Assembly (NCBI GenBank): GCA_045638525.1
Contig: JAZUBQ010000001.1
Coordinates: 68,438 to 132,437, forward strand
Direction of reading: 5' to 3'
Source of the DNA: Clostridia bacterium
GTDB taxonomy: Bacteria > Bacillota > Clostridia > UMGS1840
Length of the DNA stretch: 64,000 nucleotides
Both the position numbers and the translations under genes were made by a program. Below the pieces are notes generated by a model. The model had not been told where the DNA came from. It saw only the letters and a program-made list of their open reading frames with translations, and made no database searches. Below, piece by piece: positions 36,647-43,000 of this stretch (positions are counted from its first letter, which is position 1; every line of letters begins with the position of its first letter).

Positions 36647-39600
36647 ATATCTAACACCTCCATCATAACATAAATGATTTTTGCAGTCTGTGCTCTGGTT
36701 GCATTAACGCCGGGAGCAAAATTGCCGTCCAGACCGCCAATTGCACCAATTTTTTCCATTGCCAGAACTGCAGTTTTTGCATAATCTGCAATGATTGCAG
36801 AATCGTTGAATGTTGCGTTACCTGCAGGCATATTGATACCTAACAGCTGGAAGGTTCTGTAAACCATAACGGTCAGATCCTGACGGGTAACCTGTTTGCC
36901 TAAGCCAAAGGTTCCGTCTGCATAACCTTTTACAATACCCAGTTCCTGAGCGGTTGCAATGTAAGAAGTTGCCCAATGTCCTGCCGGAACGTCAGCCAGG
37001 TCAGAAACTGCACTTGCTTTATGAGAACCGATTGCGTTCACCAGCATTTTTACAACTTCTTCACGGGTAACATCAGACAGAGGACGGAATTTTTTGTCTT
37101 CGGGTTGTGCAATGATTCCTTTTGCTGCTAAGGTTTGAACCATATCCTGAATTTCAGGATCATCAGCAACGTCATCAAAGAAGTATTTGGAAGTGTTTTC
37201 GTCAGTTTCTTCTACTTTTTCTTTCGGAGGAGCAACATATCCGCCACCGCCTCCGCCACTGCTACCGCCGGAAGAAGCAGGTCTTTGAGGACTGGTAGTA
37301 GGTTTACGGATAACAGATACATTAAAGCTGGGCTCTGTTACATCGTCCTCCAGTGTAACAGATGATAAGTTAACATTAACACGAATATCATACTCTTTTT
37401 CATTTTTTGTTTTTTGGATACGATATCCGACACCAACGGCATCAATTTCAAATGCACAGTCAGAAACTGTGGTAGCAGGAGCAGTGAGGTAAATATCTCC
37501 AATGTCTTCAATCTTCTTGTCAGAAGATGCGTCAAACATGAAGGAACATGCCGCTATCATCGCTTCCTGATCATACCATTCAACATAAATTTCGTCTCTG
37601 CTTGCCGCAGAATCGGTGGAACAGGTGAGGAAACTTTCGAGTTCATCCAAAGAACGAGTTCCGATAAAGTCTGGGTCTAATTTTAAATACACACAAACAA
37701 TATAAACTCTGTCCTGAGGAACAGTAAACTTAATTGGAAGGTGAACAGCACCGTTTTCATAGATAGTTGTCGGAATTTCTTCAGCAATCTTAGCGCCGGT
37801 ACCAGCAACTTCTTCACCGATTAAAATAGCTACATCCAACCAGTACTCTACCGTATATACGAAGTATGCTGCTGTATTAACAGGTACTTCTCCGGCGATA
37901 CATGCTGCAACAGCTTCTTTCTCCACATCGCTTAAAAAGTCAATTTTTTCTGCAATATAGGCAGGGAACAACGCTTCACATACTTCCGGTTTAGAAAAGT
38001 AGTTATTAATAATATAATCAATGCTGGTTGCCTGATTCAGTTTTTCCAATAACAGAATTTCGTCATAGGCAGGAGCCACGTCTTTTACGGAAGTGAATGT
38101 GGCCTGCTGGAAATGTTGCAAAAAGTGACCTACATTATCAAATTCATTTTCATGATAGAATACATCTTGCTCAGTCAATGTATCAAAATCATCTTGGTAT
38201 TTCTCTTCCGGAATCAGCAATGCTGCACCGTATTGTGCTAAAATAGCTTTTACATCATCGGGAGTGTCTGCATTTGCAAATAATCCCAGAATTATTCTTT
38301 CATCTTCTTCAGATACATAACCTACCAATGCATTAGCGCTTGCACCATATTCAGAGATAACGGTGTAGGTATACGCATTTGCAACGGTACCTTCTGCGAT
38401 GTTAAATTCTGCGGTAAATGCACCGTCATCGCCGGAAGTTACAGTTGCAACTTCTTCACCGTCAGGAGAGGTAACAGTTACGATTCTTCCTTTGATACCG
38501 TGACCGGTAGAACCATATGCGATACCTTTGATGGTTACAGCTTCATAACGAGATTCAACTTCAGTAACTTCAACAGCGTCCAAAGCGTCATCGGAAGAAT
38601 AATCACCGGTGGTGAAGGTGTAGGTTCTGTCTTCCAAAACAGTTTCATCGTTTGCACCACGTAAACCGGTTACTTCTAAGGTATATTCGGTTTCGTAATC
38701 TAAGGTTTCTAAGAAAGAAACGATTACGTTTGCACCATCAACGTCAACAGCAACGGGAACTTCCACTCCGCCTACAGTTAAAGTAGCAGCTACGGTATCC
38801 TTCATAACGTCGTTGAAAATAAGAGTTAAGTTGTCAGTATCTCTTGCAACGGTATCACCATCAGAGAAGGATTCGCTGTCCAAACTGGTTTCGTAGGGAG
38901 AAACATATTCAACCTTCGCCCAAGCCAGGCTGTAAGCGGTGAAACCATTTAATGTCAGCGTATATTCACCTTCGGTTAAGGGGAATACCGCTAAGTCGGT
39001 GTACTCATACTCGGTATTATTTACGGTTGCAGTTTTTACATCGCTGCCAAAATCAGCAGACACGTGATTGTCGCCACTTGCTTTACCCATTACGGATACT
39101 TTATATTTACCGTCAACGGGAATATTCATTTCATAGGTAACAGTGCTAACTTCTGCCTGATTGTACCCATCATCATAAGATACGGTTAAATCTTCGCTTT
39201 CACTGATACCTTCTACGGGAACTAACCATTTTACCATAGAAGTATCTGCTTCTTCATCCAAAGTCAGAGTTAAGGTTCTGAAGTTGATATAGGAACCACC
39301 TTTGTTATCTACATAAATGTGGTTCAAACCTTCTTCCAGGTACACATAACCTAAGTCGGTAATATCTTTATATCCATACTGGTTACCGGTTTTGGCAAGT
39401 TCTTTTTCAATGATGGACTTTTCAGTACGAATATAAACATAAGTACCGTTCTGAGCACCAACAGCAGCGTTCATATCCACAGAATAATAACCTGCAACGG
39501 GAGCTTCCACTTCAAATCTTACCCATTCTGTTGCCACAATGTTTAAGCCGGCATTGGTTGCAGAAGACCACACTTCTAAGGGAGCGTAAGCTTTGTTTTT

Positions 39601-39816
39601 GTTAGAAGAACTATCCAGACCTGAGTTTGCATTTGCGTTTCCGGCACTGGTTTCATAGTATAGCTCACCTTGTCTTTGCAGTAAACCACCATAGGTTAAT
39701 AAGTCCGTATAGGACACAGTAATGGATGCTGATGCCATAGCCGGAATTACAAAATTCACTGCCATAACAGTCAGCGTAAGTGCTAAAGCAAGCACTCGTT
39801 TCAAATTACGGTTCAT
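36643..39816 (-). CDS. S-layer-type multi-domain surface protein: CBM-like beta-sandwiches, SbsA/Big_5-like Ig domain, helical region, Gly-rich linker, three C-terminal SLH domains
   Basis: A signal peptide ends in AMASA. The C-terminus carries three SLH repeats: FFDDVADDPEIQDMVQTLAAKGIIAQ...FRPLSDVTREEVVKML; LADVPAGHWATSYIATAQELGIVKGYADGTFGLGKQVTRQDLTVMVYR; and FNDSAIIADYAKTAVLAMEKIGAIGG...FAPGVNATRAQTAKIIY. The start is set at the ATG at 39816, with AAGGAGGA 6 nt upstream. Confidence 0.8.
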   Translation of the reverse strand: MNRNLKRVLALALTLTVMAVNFVIPAMASASITVSYTDLLTYGGLLQRQGELYYETSAGNANANSGLDSSSNKNKAYAPLEVWSSATNAGLNIVATEWVRFEVEAPVAGYYSVDMNAAVGAQNGTYVYIRTEKSIIEKELAKTGNQYGYKDITDLGYVYLEEGLNHIYVDNKGGSYINFRTLTLTLDEEADTSMVKWLVPVEGISESEDLTVSYDDGYNQAEVSTVTYEMNIPVDGKYKVSVMGKASGDNHVSADFGSDVKTATVNNTEYEYTDLAVFPLTEGEYTLTLNGFTAYSLAWAKVEYVSPYETSLDSESFSDGDTVARDTDNLTLIFNDVMKDTVAATLTVGGVEVPVAVDVDGANVIVSFLETLDYETEYTLEVTGLRGANDETVLEDRTYTFTTGDYSSDDALDAVEVTEVESRYEAVTIKGIAYGSTGHGIKGRIVTVTSPDGEEVATVTSGDDGAFTAEFNIAEGTVANAYTYTVISEYGASANALVGYVSEEDERIILGLFANADTPDDVKAILAQYGAALLIPEEKYQDDFDTLTEQDVFYHENEFDNVGHFLQHFQQATFTSVKDVAPAYDEILLLEKLNQATSIDYIINNYFSKPEVCEALFPAYIAEKIDFLSDVEKEAVAACIAGEVPVNTAAYFVYTVEYWLDVAILIGEEVAGTGAKIAEEIPTTIYENGAVHLPIKFTVPQDRVYIVCVYLKLDPDFIGTRSLDELESFLTCSTDSAASRDEIYVEWYDQEAMIAACSFMFDASSDKKIEDIGDIYLTAPATTVSDCAFEIDAVGVGYRIQKTKNEKEYDIRVNVNLSSVTLEDDVTEPSFNVSVIRKPTTSPQRPASSGGSSGGGGGGYVAPPKEKVEETDENTSKYFFDDVADDPEIQDMVQTLAAKGIIAQPEDKKFRPLSDVTREEVVKMLVNAIGSHKASAVSDLADVPAGHWATSYIATAQELGIVKGYADGTFGLGKQVTRQDLTVMVYRTFQLLGINMPAGNATFNDSAIIADYAKTAVLAMEKIGAIGGLDGNFAPGVNATRAQTAKIIYVMMEVLDI

Positions 39817-40002
39817 AAGCAATCCTCCTTAATTTGTTTGCGTGTAATTTGATATATGAAAATAATTTTTTTACACAAAATCGGGGTTCCCCGGGCAGAG
39901 GATTTCAGCCCTCTGCCCGAGAAACAGTTTTTAAAACGTCAACACTAAGAAGTCATTGGTACCTGCGAAAAAGCAGTCCGATTAGTTCTTTGCCAAAATC
40001 CC

Positions 40003-43000
40003 TTAGTTTGCAGGGATATCCATCATACGCATGGTTCTCCAGGTGGGATATTCGCTGATAGTATTGAGTACGGTTTTGTCTTCCAAACCTGCTTCCGCCA
40101 TAATTCTCTGTGCTGTGGTGGACCAGGTGGATACTCTGTAGGAATTACCTTTTAAGGCAACATCCTTGGTGCTGGTTCCGTTGGTGCCAAAAATTTTAGC
40201 AGGGTCACGGCCGTCAGTATGATTGTAACCGGCAAAACAGTTATTGATATTTACAAGTTGTCTTGCAAAGAACCAATATTCGCTACTATTGTCATAAGCC
40301 CCGGTTACCACGTTATCACAAACGTTGGTATAACCGGTACCCTGGTCAAAGTAGATACCGGGAGCTTTGATCTGACCCGGATCGATTACATAGTTATCGT
40401 TAATCTGAGTTCCGCGGAGATTACCTAAGGTGTAGATGTGTGCACCGTCACCCATGGTCTGCATTACATTGTCAATCTTGTTGTAGGAGATGTTGTGATT
40501 ACCGCAGTCAACGGGATCATCATATCCCCAACCCCAACCAACAACAATACCGGAATAAGAGGTATCTTTAATATCGTTGTGGTGAATGTTTGCATTGCCC
40601 ACATAATATACGGAAATTGCAGTTAAGCCCTGGAATTCCTGAGCTGTACGGCGGAAAATGTTGTTGTCAATTTCAATATTTTTACAACGCTCAGTGGAAG
40701 CAGCTGCGGAGTTACCGTCTCTGTAGTCACCGAGTACAACGCCGGTTCCTGCAATATCGTGGAAATAGCTACCGGAAATCTGAGAGTTGGAAACGCCTTC
40801 TTCAAAGATCAGGGCGCTAGATCCCATAGATGCAAATTCACAGTTTTTAAATACCAAAGAATCTGCATATTTTGCCACGATCTGTGCAGGGAACATATGC
40901 TGACCGTAGTAGGTTTCACCGCCTAATCTCCATTCGTCGGTCTGGTTGAATGCTGCACCTTTTACGGTAAAGTCGTCATATCCGCCATAACGGAAGGAAA
41001 TTCCATCAAATTCTAAGTTGGTAACTTTGTTATTACTGCCAACACCGGTGATATTCATCATACCGTCGGTTACTGCGCACCAGGTTTCAACGGTTGCCAT
41101 ATTTTCCTCGGCGTAGGGATAGTAGTACATTTTGCGAGCTTCTTTATCGAAGTAGAACTCACCAGGTTTATCTAACAGTAAGAGAGAGTTTTCGATATAG
41201 AATGATGCGCCTTGATCAGGAGTAATGGTAGATGTGTGTAAACCGGGGATACAGAATGCATTATAATAGGGGTAAGTGGTATAAACGTATGCATTGCTGC
41301 CGCTGTATTCGATTCTGTCTAAGGGGAAACGGTGATTTGCCCACTGCAGGCTGAATACAATCTGCATTCTGGAAGCCTGAACTTCGGTCTGCTGGTCTAA
41401 ACCTTTTGGGAAGTCTTTATTGCCACCGGAAAGGGACAACAGAATACCGTCAGTTACATGAGAATCATTTTTCTTTTCAGCAGGATCCATCAGTGCACCG
41501 GAGAACAGATTTTCAGTTCTTGCCATAGTTGCCTGATAGCCGTTTACAAACAGTGCTCTGGTTTCACGGGTAGAGGTAGATGCTACATAGTAGTTCTTGC
41601 CATCTACCTTGCTCCATTTACCGGTTAAGTCTTCACCGCCGGAGAGAACAGGTTTATTATTCTTATCTTCTGCACGGATGATAACTTTGTGACCGTTTTT
41701 ACCACTCATGGTGGGGTCGATTTCAATCGCAACGGAGCTTTTGTAAGTACCGGGAGCAACATTGATGATGATGTCGCCGGTCATATCAGCATTGATGGTT
41801 TTTACAATTTTCAGTGCATTTGCCAGGTTGTTTACGGGAGCTTCCTTGGTACCTGCATTGGTAGATTTACCGGTAGTTGCAACATAAATTTCGCGGTAAG
41901 GGGTGCCGTAAACTTCTTTTGCATAGGGAGCTGCTTCTGCCAAATCAGCCATTGCCAGAACTTTCAGAGTGCAACCTGCAGAAAGTTCAGTGAACGCTGC
42001 ACTTGCCAATCCGCCTTCTCTTGTCATAGGACTGATTGCTACCAGTTTGTTGCCGCTATAAACTGCAGCAATTAAGGTAACCTCGGAAGGAATGTTGATA
42101 CAATCCATAGACACATATGCGGTGCCTTCGGGCAACTCGCTAACTTCCTGACCGGAAGCATTCTTCACGATCACGGTGGGATCTACGATACATTCGTTGT
42201 AAGCTTCCAGCATTTCGGCTGCAGTTTCGTAGTTTTTACCAACCATATTCCAGAAGGACATGGGTGCATATACGTGATTTACAGTGTCTGCATTCACGTC
42301 GATGTTTGCAGCTTCGCCGTATTTTTCCAGAAGATCAAATGCACCTTCCGCGGTGGTAATATCTTTGAAATCGTGAATCAGATGATAATACATAGAATTT
42401 GTGTCTTCCAACACGATAGAATCAAAATAGAAGGTATCGCAGTAGAACACAAATTTTAAGGTGTGAGTACCTGCATCCAGGTGGAGCTGTGCTACTTCTT
42501 CCTGCTGGTATGCCCAGGTGGTTCCGCTTCTGTCATTATCAAAATGCATGGTAGCGTAATCCACTAAGGTATTATCCACATACAAGTCAAAGTTTACATC
42601 TTTCCAAGCAGCACCCACCATATTCAGATTGTAAACAGTTTCCTGCGCCACATCTAAGGTGTAAGCTGCTTCGGTGTACATATCGGTCATTTTCAGACCG
42701 TTTTTGCCGTTGTAGGTAGCTTGTTCGGTTAATGCGGTGGAAACGGAATCTTCCGCTTCAATTACGGTGTATAAGTTGGCGTTGGAAACGTCGGGAAGGA
42801 TGGGAGCGGGAGTTGCAGTCGGAGCTGCATTGCTGCTTCCGCTGAAGACTTTCAAGTTTTGTAAGTTCATCTGGGGACCCCAAGTTTCGTGGTCTGCCAG
42901 ACCGTCTTCCCCATCAGTCATGGAAAGACGAAGCGCAGTTACGGTTGCGATGGAAGAACCGGTATTTTTGATGGTGATCAGGTTCTTGCCTTCTCTTACA

